DNA of 64,000 nucleotides, from the NCBI RefSeq assembly GCF_037042905.1, contig NC_087246.1, positions 51,522,001 through 51,586,000 of the forward strand, in the 5' to 3' direction. A program made the translations under genes and the position numbers. Every line of letters starts with the position of its first letter. Position 1 is the stretch's first letter. Positions 10,901-22,900 of the stretch are shown in pieces. The stretch comes from Lytechinus pictus. Taxonomy: Eukaryota. The notes under the pieces are model-generated. The model was not told where the DNA came from. It saw only the letters and a program-made list of their open reading frames with translations, and did not search any database.

Positions 10901-13900
10901 AACAAGTGTATCACTTTTCAAATATGATGCCATCATTTTCTAATCTCCAAGAATTCTACGATCTCATAGTGAGAATTTCATACCTTTGTTTTTCCGTGGA
11001 ATGAGTTGTAATCATGTACCATCTGAACAATCGACCTTGATGTGTCATTCATGTAGGATATAGGTGGGTAGGTGTCCAAGCACACAGCATGCATCTGGTT
11101 GCTGTCCTGTGATATAAAGATGAATTTCATGTAGAGTCTATTATATGTGTAAAAGCATATTTTCATCTTGGTATACAATCAGAGTTTTTTCATTTAGTAC
11201 AGACAGAAAAAAAGCCCATGATGACTCTTTAATATGTTTTTTTTTGTTGCCAAAACTCATTAGAGGTATTCAATCAGAGAGGATTTAATATTTGGGTTTC
11301 TAAGCATAGCATATCAAAAGTAGAGTACTAATCAGCCACTGGCTTTGCATGCACTAAGCAGAAAAAAGGGGATCATATGCAGTATGCACCCATTGTTTAG
11401 GGGTGGTTTTAACCCAGAGAGGGATGATAGTCGTTGTGAATTCAGATTTTTGAGTCTGAATAAGAGGTAACATGAAGTCTCTAGTAAGTTTATGATTATA
11501 TGGTAATGATAAATGGCTACACTTAATATTTACAAATTCAAAATCCTTCTGAAGGTTTCCATGGCAAAGAAAAAGAGTATCTTTGGTTTTATGGTACAGT
11601 ATGTATCTATCGGGGGCATATGTTCGTCCTGTTTCAGGACTAGCATATGCCCACGAAAGATACATGCTGTACTGTGAAACCACTGTACACTCTTTGATAT
11701 CCTTGACAGTTACTTCATATATAATTTTAATGGAATTAGGTGATTTAAGTACCTTCATAGTAAGTTGAGCAAAAGTCTCATAATCTCTTTCCCTGATAGC
11801 TTTCCTCATAGTTTCCATGTATCCTGGTATCAATGTTACCCTGTGCTGAAGGAGTTCACTTGTTTCGACAGTAGTCTGCATACCAGCAGTGCTACTCGTG
11901 TGTTTCTTCTGATCGCTTACCTACAACGGGAAACAGAACATGCCTTCAAAAACTCTGAACATCAAGATATCCTTCACACCAAGTATAAGATAGATGTCAT
12001 TAAGAGAAGAAAATATCTCATAACATTATGGAGATAATATGAGGATTTATTGGCTTCTTCACTCCATGACTGAAATCATAATATTTCATTCAGCTGAAAA
12101 AAACCCATTAAATTGATTCTGGGTTTGAAACTTCAAATACCATATACATGTATGGTGACACTGATAGTGACTATGAAACACGACCAAGAATGAGTTTCAT
12201 TAATTAGAGGCACAAGCACTTTCCATCCAAACACAAATTTTGATCAGTGGTCAGATCTCTTCATCTACCACCTAGGCTATTTAGCTTAATACTGCAGCTT
12301 TCAACCATGTCCTATGATTTGAATAAAGGAACATAGGTATATTTCACAAGTTCAGTGTGACCTGAAATGCATGAAGCACTTAAATTCCCATCACCCATTG
12401 GTCATCAATTGATCAACTCTTTGTGAAACACCCCCAGTACTTACAACAAGTATAAGGATTCTCATCTCCGGCCAGTAGGTCTCATCTACCACCTGTTGAG
12501 CTATACTATCACTGCCATCATTAGATTCCCCATCCAGCCACTCCACAAAGCCCCCATACATACTCCTGCATGCGCTCCCAGAGCCTTGACGGGCGATGTC
12601 GGACACGTTCCCCTGGACATCATAGACCTGTGCCAAGGTAGCGACTGCAAGAAGAAATGTGGAAAGTAATAGATTATTAATGTAAATGTAGGTGAAAGAC
12701 AGAGAAATAATAATTACAATAATAATTTCATATGAATAATAATAATAATTACTTCTTATTAAGCGCTTTTTCAAAAGTTACAAAGCGCTGTACAAATGAC
12801 AAAACAAATACAATCGGTGAAAACTTAAAACCAAACTACACAAAATGGAACATTACTTGCAATATATGAAACATGTTAAAACAAATGAGATTCAAGCATC
12901 TTCTTAAACACATCAATTGAAGAACATTGTCTAAGTTTATGGGGTAATCTATTCCAATATTTGGGGGCAAACACAGAAAATTACCTATCACCTACTAATT
13001 TTAATGTTCGGGGGATGTGAAGAGGGATATGTGATGATGACCGAGTGTTGTACATTGATTGGCGAACTGTTAGGAGGTCTGACAGGTATGGTGGAGCTTG
13101 ATCATTGAGACATTTGAATGTGATAGTCAGACACTTATGCTCAATTCGATTTTTTACTTTCAGCCAGTGTAATTCTCTTATCAGGGGGGTTGTCTGGAGA
13201 GGAAAGGGAGAACAAGTTTGACTCATCAGAATGAAAAAGTATAAAAGTGGGATTTTAATTGGGTGCTTATGATAATGTTTGAAATTGAGAGAAAGAGAGA
13301 GATAGAGACAACAATACAAACAAGCAAGAATGGAAATACTCAAGAAAGCATGATATTAAAGTTAAAATTTTACCAAGACATGCATATCCAGCAGCAGATG
13401 AAGCTAAACCAGCAGCAGTAGGGAAATTATTTTCAGAACAGATATGAAGCTTCCAATCCTCAGGGCATGATTCGTCGGCCGATATCTTCCTCTTCCGAAC
13501 CCTTTTCCTAACTAGAATAAAATGATATGAAAGTGAAACCAGATATAATGAACAATACATCATACATAAATATATAACATAAATGTAAGATTTAGTGATT
13601 TGGATCTATAGTAGATAACCATTATGATTCAGGAAGAGTGCTTGATAGAGCAATTTTATTCCATCATTGAAATAATTAAAGGGGTAGGGTGTTTGTGTTT
13701 TACAAAGAGTAAAGTCTGAGCTAATAAAAATCATGCTTAAGTTTCACCAAACACATGATCTTTTAATGTCATTGATTAACCCTATCTTTACTGGGCTATT
13801 TCAGACCAACATATACTGGGGGGGGGGGGTCAAGTTGACCCCCCCAGATCTCGGCCGTTGATTGCGTAATCACCGCGAAAATTTGCACGCACGTAGAGCT

Positions 13901-16900
13901 GGATGTAAACTACAAGACTGTATAGTAAAATTTTCAATTTAATTGCTCATATTTAAAAAAAATTAAGTATGCAAATAAGCGTATGAAATTTGCCCTAATT
14001 TTGTTTTTTTGTGCATGTTTTTGCGTTTAACTCAATTCATAAAGCTAGGAGAATACTAACTTTTGGTGAACATATAGATTTTTACATTTCTAACAAAAAA
14101 TTGCCAAAAAATAATTAATTTCACATGTATCTTATTGTTTTTAAATTCTTATGTATTTCTTTCTTTTTCAAACCTTTGTTTTTTATTGTTTTTTTCAATG
14201 AACTTCATCGGGGAACCTTTTGCGATCATAAATAACATAAAATAAATCAATCTAAACCAACAGTAGTAAAAATGATTATTGGTTGATAACACAATTTGCA
14301 TTGACAATTTGCAATTTTGGGACTGACATGCGCTTACAAAATATTTTGCGTAATTTCAGAACCGCATACCCGGGTGTCGCAAATTTGACTCAAAAGATGC
14401 GCAAGATTTGAAAGTAAAAAGTCAGAGAGCGGCGTGGTCAAAAAATTTTGTACGGTGGCGTAGCGGCGAAATTTGTCGAGTTTAATAAGAAATGGAGTGC
14501 ATCCCATGACTGTGTGTGTGTTGGGGGGGGCTGGTATGCTAAAGGTTTGATGAATGCATCATACTTACTCTCTTGTAAGCAGGTTCTTATTCTTGGATTC
14601 TCTAAAGACTCTTCCCTGAAAATAAGAACAATAATCTTCATTAAAAGCAAAAAAAAAAAAAAAAATCCCAAAACACACAGATTTTGACTATTAAGAAATA
14701 AAATCTTTGTACAAAACATTGCATTAAAAACAAGACATGTAAATTTAGTCCAGAAACTTGCTGAAGTAAATGTACTAATTAAAATGTATTTGTTATGACC
14801 TTCCTAGTTACTGATAATCTTCCAATGGAGGCATAAAATACAGATTAAAAATAATTTCTTTAATGCTAATTTAAGTGTTGTTTATGAGAATCTGGGCAAT
14901 GTAACACAAATGATTTGCATGGCTGTCTTGGGGTCATATTTTGAATGCAAGGGCATGTGAAGGGCAATCCTCTTTAGTGGACCTTTTTACTTTAAGATTC
15001 TTCCTTAATAACATGAAAAGATCTTGAAAACTTGCAGTGATCAGTTTGTGCTACTAGAGTTTCTTTGAAAGGGCTCTAATAATGTTATATTATATCTATT
15101 CACATTGAATGAAACGATGATAAATCTTTTTGGTGCTTTTAATCTTCTTTTGATTCATCCTTGAACCCATTATTGCAAGGATTAGTTGTGAAAAAGACCC
15201 TCCCTCCTCAATGAAGAATCAACTACTGTATTAATTATGTTCTATTAAAAATCAGACATTAATCTCCTATAGAAATTTCTACATGTATCTTTATAAAAAA
15301 AAATCGCTGAATACTTCAAACTTACTTGCCATTGAGCCAGAGTCTATCTTCAAGGAAGTGTTTGCTGCCAGCTATAGTCGTGGTGGTGCACAGTTGATCA
15401 ATATGAAGGGTAGCACTCAAAGACGAGTTCACAGGAAGAATTAATTTTTCATCTCGTTTGCCCCCTTAAAAATGAAAAGAAAACAGAGAACAATGCAATA
15501 TACATGCAGCCATTCCATTGCGACTCGCATGACATTTACACAAAATTTCAACTTCTTAAGGTTAATTAATTGAAAATCGTATATTGCACACTTGTTTTTT
15601 CTATTGATTTCAATCAAAATATGGATAATACACATTGTCCAACAAAAATTTTGAATTTACAGTACTTAGTTTTTGTAGGAGATATTTCAATTTGTTTGTT
15701 GTGACTCGTGTGACGCGACACTATTGAAGATTCCTGACCTTACTGTATTTGTAATTTCCTCAGGAGATACCAGATTTTGATGAAATTTTCTGGAGAGTAT
15801 TTTGAAACATCTGGAAATATTGTTTTAAGTCGATTGCCATTTGAAAATGTGACTCGCGTGACACAGGAATGTGACTTGTGTGACAAGTATCATTTTGGAC
15901 TATGAGTTGAAAAAATTATCATGATTTTAAACAGTGAAATGGGCCAAATTTCATTCCATTTATTGTTTAAACAAAGGAACTTTAAGTCTAGCTCTGATGC
16001 ATTTACTTTCATGAAAGTTATGTGGGACTACATATTGTAGTCCCATAAGTGTTATTAACATTTAACGTTTTTCTAAAAAGTAGTCATTTAGGCCTAAAGA
16101 AATGACATGAGCCAAAAAAATCCCAATCATTTTCCTTTTTTCCCAAAAATATTACTTGTGTTGTGATATGTGACTCGCATGACATACCCTAACAAGTGGA
16201 ATGCCTCTGGCCGTCTCACCTGCATCACGCGATTCAATATAGCAGCAGTGCTGATTTTGAAAACTACTATAACTCGCACAAGATGTTCAGTGATACTTGG
16301 TTACTCTTATTTCCACGTTTTATGAACTAGACCAATACACTTATAGAGATATGATGGCAATTCAACAAATACCCCCAACGTGGCCAAAGTTCTTTGACCT
16401 TACATGACCTTTGACCTTGATCATGTGACCTGAAACTCGCACAGGATGTTCAGTGATAGTTGATTACTATTATGTCCAAGTTTTATGAACTAGACCAACA
16501 CACTTTCAAATTTATGGCTGTAATTCAACAAATACCCCAATTTGGCCAAAGTTCATTGACCCTAAATGACCTTTGACCTTGATCATGTGACCTGAAACTT
16601 GCACAGGATGTTCAGTGATACTTGATTACTATTATGTCCAAGTTTCATGAATCAGATCCATAAACTTTCAAAGTTATGATGGTAATTCAACAGATACCCC
16701 CAATTCGGCCAAAGTTCATTGACCCTAAATGACCTTTGACCTTGGTCATGTGATGTGAAACTCATGCAGGATGTTCAGTGATACTTGATTAACCTTATGT
16801 ATAAGTTTCATGAACTAGGTCCATATATTTTCTAAGTTATGATGACATTTCAAAAACTTAACCTTAGGTTAAGATTTTGATGTTGATTCCCCCAACATGG

Positions 16901-19900
16901 TCTAAGTTCATTGACCCTAAATGACCTTTGACCTTGGTCATGTGACATGAAACCCAGGCAGGATGTTCAGTAATACTTGATTAATCTTATGGCCAAGTTT
17001 CATGAACTAGGTCCATATACTTTCTAAGTTATGCTGTCATTTCAAAAACTTAACCTCAGGTTAAGATTTGGTGTTGACGCCGCCGCCGCCGTCGGAAAAG
17101 CGGCGCCTATAGTCTCACTCTGCTATGCAGGTGAGACAAAAAAACCTTAATGTGACTCGCGTGACAGCACCTTAGGGTGTTTTTTCGTAATGAAGGGATT
17201 TACAGTTGGCAATCTTCTTTGCTGGATTGATTTAGTACTTTAAGCTCCTTACTTTTTATCAACTACAATTTATAATTCCTAATACTTGAAAGTATTTTTG
17301 TGACTCTCGTGTATGGAACGCCAGAAGGGAATCAAATATTTATATTCGACACCAACCAAAAAACTATTTGACGCGGCAAAATTCTATTTGACACAAAATA
17401 TATTTGAAAAAAAATATATTTGATAAAAAATATATTTGACAAAAATATATTCGACAAAAATATATTTGATAAAAAATATATTTGACCAAAATATATTTGA
17501 CACAAAATATGTTTGACAAAAATATATTCGACAAAAAATATATTTGACAAAAATATATTCGACAAAACGTATATACGACAAAACATATATTCAACAAAAC
17601 ATATATTTGACAAAAATATATTTGATAAAAAATATATTTGACAAAATTATATTTGACACAAAATATATTCGACAAAAAATATATTTGACAAATTTATATT
17701 CGACACAATTTCATTTGACAAAATTTCATTAGACACAATTTCATTTGACAAAAACTAATTCGACACAATTTCATTTGACCTACACATTTGGCGTACCATA
17801 CGTGCGATGTCAAAAATATATTCGTCAAAATTTCATTCCACAAAAAAAAATTCATTCGACACATTCGACAAAATTTTTTTCGACAATGTTTCATTTGATA
17901 ATTTTATAAATTGACAAAATTTAATTCGAAAAAATAGTATTCAAAGCGAAAAACCATTTTATTCGACTAAAATTAATTTGATGAAATATCAATTCATTCT
18001 AAGCCTGAGTCATATCGATTTTTTCAGAAACCGGTGTTCGAGGGCTTCGCGCCGATCGAACATCGATGCATCGACAAGTGCATGGCCGGTGAATTTGAGG
18101 CTCTCGCGCCGCTGAAAATTTGCCGCAATTTGATGGTTATTTAGCCAAGATAACGCCCTGTTTACAAGTCTGCAATCGCCGCAGTCCTCTTTCCCTTATT
18201 ATTATATCTTAAGAAAATATACTCGAGCGTTTTGTGTTTTATTTTAAAACAACTTTTGTCAACTTACATCCGTTTTTTTTTTCAAGTTAAATGCAAACAC
18301 TTCCAAGACATCCCATTCAGAGTCACATCACATGTACGTCGTCGTTCGTGTAGCTAGAGTTAAATTTCTAGACGTCAAGTCGTCTGTTGCATACACGCTC
18401 TCAAAACAAATTGACTCGATCGACCCACTCAATCCACTCGTGCTGTTGCTCTCATTCCCCCTTTTTTTCTTGATCTCAAATCTCCCGTACTATTTGAAAT
18501 TAAGTCTTGAAATACATGCACTAAACTCAATCAACCACATCACATCGTTTTGCAGGGAAGTTTAAGCGCACGCTAACATGGATCAATGACAGGGCGCTCA
18601 CATTTTTCATACTCACTCACTTCATTCACAAAAAAGATTGTGTAAGATAAATAATCAAAGTAACTTGAACAAACGGCATAGAGTAAACAACTTTAAAAAC
18701 TTTAATGAAAAAAATACAAAGTCATAGCACAACGGGATTTGAACAACTGTTTAGAATAACAAAAAAATATGAATACAGATAAATATCACGTCATACCTTA
18801 CTTTGCAAAGTCATTCACCATTTAAAGTGAAATGTATGATAGGCGACTTACTTGTTTGTTGTTTCCATTTTTAGTTAGAAACATACTCGAAGTTAAAAAA
18901 ACAATGTTTCCATAAATAATTATTTACTGGATAAGGCATCGAATTTTGTATAAGTGGCTGAGCTTCGGTGTACGTCAGTTTTGAATTCTGAAGTCTAAAA
19001 CAATTGATACATTTTACGAAACTGTAGAGTTCGTGGAAACAAATATTTGTGAGTTGTGGCGGCTTTCACTTCAGTTATCGTATTCACCCCTCTTCAAAAT
19101 TATTTAAAGCTCGTCAGTTAGTCTTCAAAAATACATGGAATGAGTGAATCAACAATATGGGAAGTAGGCAACGTACATGACCAACAACTTCCTTACTCAC
19201 TGAAAGGCAGAACAACGAGTTACTAAATGCAACCAAGGAGTTACCAGCACTCCTTGATATACAACGCAACAACTTAAAACGTAAAGTATACTGAACTTAA
19301 GATTACTTTTTTAGTTTCTTATCTTTACTGTTTGCTTAAGTTCTTTCTCGAAGTTACTTATGAGGGTTTTTACTTACCCAAGTTGTTAAGAAAACCATTT
19401 GAGGGTACGGAAATAAAATAATAAATAGCGTCAATAAATAATATCCATACTTAAAAAAACAAGCATGACATGAAATTTAAACAAAACATAAATACCATGT
19501 ACCATACATTGCTGAAAGAATCAATATAATACTAAAAGAGTGAAGACAATTCAAGAAACAAAATGCAAACCAGCAGATGAACGTTAAAAAAAACCCAAAA
19601 AAAAAAGTATCTTACACAGACTTTTAACGTAGCACTAAGCAATGTAAGAGTAAAACGTATCAGGTAAGCAAGTATCAGGCATAAATATAAATGCTAAACA
19701 GTGAAGAAAATGACAAGTGTCTAGTATTCATGTATAGAGTTTTTAAGGGCAAGTTCGTACTTGGGCAAGATCGACTAGTCAACAATAGGCCAATGATCAG
19801 ATGAGTCTCTAATGAGCTTGATTCGTGGTTTTCCATTAGACTTTCTATATTTCACGCATGTAATGTAACCAATTAGGTTAATGTCTTATCACACTTCTAC

Positions 19901-22900
19901 GTAACGCTACTCGGCTTCTATTCTTTCAGGTTGCCCTTCAAGAACACCAACAAGTCTACATTTTCTGGTTCCAAGCATGATCGCTTCTTGTTAACTATGT
20001 TCCCAGCAGAAGAAAACACTCTTTCTGACGGAACAGAAGTCGCTGGTAATGTTAAATACTTCTTCGCCAACTGTGCAACGCGTGGATATGCGTCCTCGTT
20101 GTCTCTCCACCATAGTAGCGGATCTGTAGCTCGGGGTGGAGCAGGTCGCTGGAGATATGCGTCTACTTCGTCGACGACTTCCGCTTCCTCGCCTCTGTCG
20201 TCTGCTGCTTCCTTTGTTCCGGTGAGCAGAAAGTCAAGAGCGGAAGTAGAAGGTTGATCATCATCTCGTCCATCTGCCCTTCGTCGTTTGGGTACTGGCG
20301 GGGGTAGTTCTTCTCGGATCGCGGAAATAACAGCTTCGCGCGTAGAATCGGCAACAAACGACATGCTCTTATGTCTTGGGTCTAGAGCAGATGCTTTCAG
20401 GGTGGGCGTTACTGGAGAGGCCTCTGCCGTTCCACGATCTGTTGCCGGACACAGATCAAATCTGTAGAAATGTAAACAAATAAAAGACAAGAACAATTCA
20501 ATGAAGTGAAGATATGATATAAATTTCGAAGTAATCAAAGCTCACGAGTCACGAAGAAATGTAGTATATTTTATTAAGCCTGCAAATTTAAATTACATAA
20601 ATATTCATAAGAAGTTATTTACGCATTGAAGATTCGCTTGGAGTTATTTTATGTAAATTATGTTTCAAGTTTACTTTATAGTGTTTTGTTAAAGTGTTAA
20701 AGCATGATCTTTTTCTACGTGTATTAACCTTCCAGTTTTATCTTGATTCTTGGTCATTGATGAAATTTTATGTATTAGAAAAAATAAAAACATACTATTC
20801 TAAGTGCTTGTCGATCTCTGCTTCTTTTGTTATTAACTTATTTGTTATACGAAATTATGAAACATGAGTTGTAAGTCTGTAAGATGTTTTAATATTATTG
20901 GCCATACGAGGAAACGTATAAAGAAAAAACTTACCGTCGGGTCAACTCATCAGCAGCTTTCCGTTTGAAGGACTGTACACCAGGTAAGTCGTCTTCTCCA
21001 ATGGTGAGATGATGATCGAGGATGCCAGCCATAAACGGCCCCACAACTGACGATGTTGTATGCTCTTCCCCTGACAGGACAGTAGTTGCGACCTGCAAGA
21101 AAAAAGTAAAGTACACGTAAGGCATAGAGCTATTACTATGTGTAAGATCTATAAGACTCAATATACATTGGGGTTGGACTAAAATATGAATTATGAAAAC
21201 ATATTCTACAAGTATATTGATTAATTATTTTTATATACATTTTTTTAATTCCAGTTATTTCTTCGATCTTCATAAATATATGAGAAATTATACTTTAAAA
21301 ATAATACAATTTGATTTTCTAATTACATTGGTTGATTTTTTAAATATATTTTTATTTATGATAAATAGTGATGGTAGCCAGAATTGATTTGTAAAATTTC
21401 ATCCAAAGTATCTAGGAGACTAGGATAAAACAGTTACACATAATATTTATGTATATTCACCTTGAACGGTTCCAGGCTGTCGAGGAGACCTTCTAGCAAT
21501 CGCCACTGTTGATCTGTTAGTTCTAATACCCGGGCATCTGCTTGGTTGGTGTAACGCCGGTTACTCAAGACTCGACAAACGGCCCATCTCTGCTCTTTCA
21601 GGCGAAGCAACATATCGAATGTAGAATTCCATCGAGTTTTGACTGCCTGAATCAGCTTGTGTTCTTCAATTCCCATCTGCTTCTGTTCGGACTCCAGGGC
21701 GTTTGTTGCGACCACGGAGTGCTTAAAATGGCCAACCAGCCTCGTCGCGGCAGCAGACATGTTCCTTATACTCGGAACAGAGTTCAATGCAGAGTTAACG
21801 CATAACTGCAGTGTATGGGCTGCACAGCCGATGTCATGAGCCAAGATTCCCTCCCCAACTCGACGTACATTAGCAGCGTTGTCGTGGACAACGCCACTAA
21901 CTTTGTCCATAAGGCCCCACTCTTCTGTCACACGCCTGAGCTGATTTTGTAGGGCCTGGGTTGTGTGGCGCTGAGGCTCATCTTCGTCTTCAATGCCCCT
22001 TACGGGCTTTGTTTCCAAGATAAAGTTTCGCCTCTGCCATCTGTCACCAATTCCGTGGGCGGTCACAGTCATATAGTCTTTAGTCCCTACACTTGTCCAG
22101 CAATCTGTCGTCAAGGCAACGGAGGGCACCTCTCCAAGCAACTCGAGGACACTTCTCCTCTTCACGTCGTATAACGCCTTTAGTCTATTAGTAACGGTAC
22201 GCCTGGTGGGCATGGTGTAACCTGGCTCAAGGGTTCGAATTAGCCCCCGGAGCCCCTCTCCCTCTACACAACTTATGGGTAGCCCGTCTTTCGCAACTAA
22301 CGAAACGATCCCTTCTGTTATTTCTTCACTCCTCCTTGGTGTAGGTGGGGTCTTGAAGAAGGAGGTTATAGGTCCTTGGCGTTGGTCAGGCGCAGTCACG
22401 GTGTTCGGGTGTTTCTTTACAAGATGACTATTCATCGTAGTTGTGGATCCTCCCGTGTACTTATAAACTACATCACACAGTTTACACTTGACACTAGAAT
22501 CTGACGTCTTAGCGAAATACTCCCAAACTTTGCTCGCTTTCCCCATTCTAATTCCCCAATCAATATACACCAACGACAAAAGTATTTGATTCCTAAATCC
22601 TAATCTCCGCACACTGATTAAAGTGAATTAACAACGTATGACGAATGGGCAAACGTTCGGTATACTGCTATGTAGTTCAGAACAATTATTTGAAGAGCTG
22701 TTAATGATGAAGGTCAAACGCAAAGTAACCTTAAATCCTTCTTGTGTATAGTGTCTTAGCCATTACACGCATCGGCTGTTGCCTCTGCTTTGTTCGAGCG
22801 GATTAACGAGAATTGGTCTTTTGTTCGAGTTTGCACCAATTAATCCGCCTTTTGTCATCCTCTAATATGGCACACGCCCCAAACCCCCATTCAAGGCACA

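Noticed and set aside
17332-17894. Repetitive ORFs, and superficial CRISPR-like periodicity here and at 2290-2893
   Set aside because: These are head-to-tail tandem repeats with no unique spacers and no cas genes, in a eukaryotic intron or intergenic context.
19918-22612. Domesticated ZBED1 host gene
   Set aside because: The CDS is enclosed by TIRs and a perfect 8-bp TSD, so it is a transposon. The ORF-track start at 22612 is a GTG codon; the ATG is at 22546.
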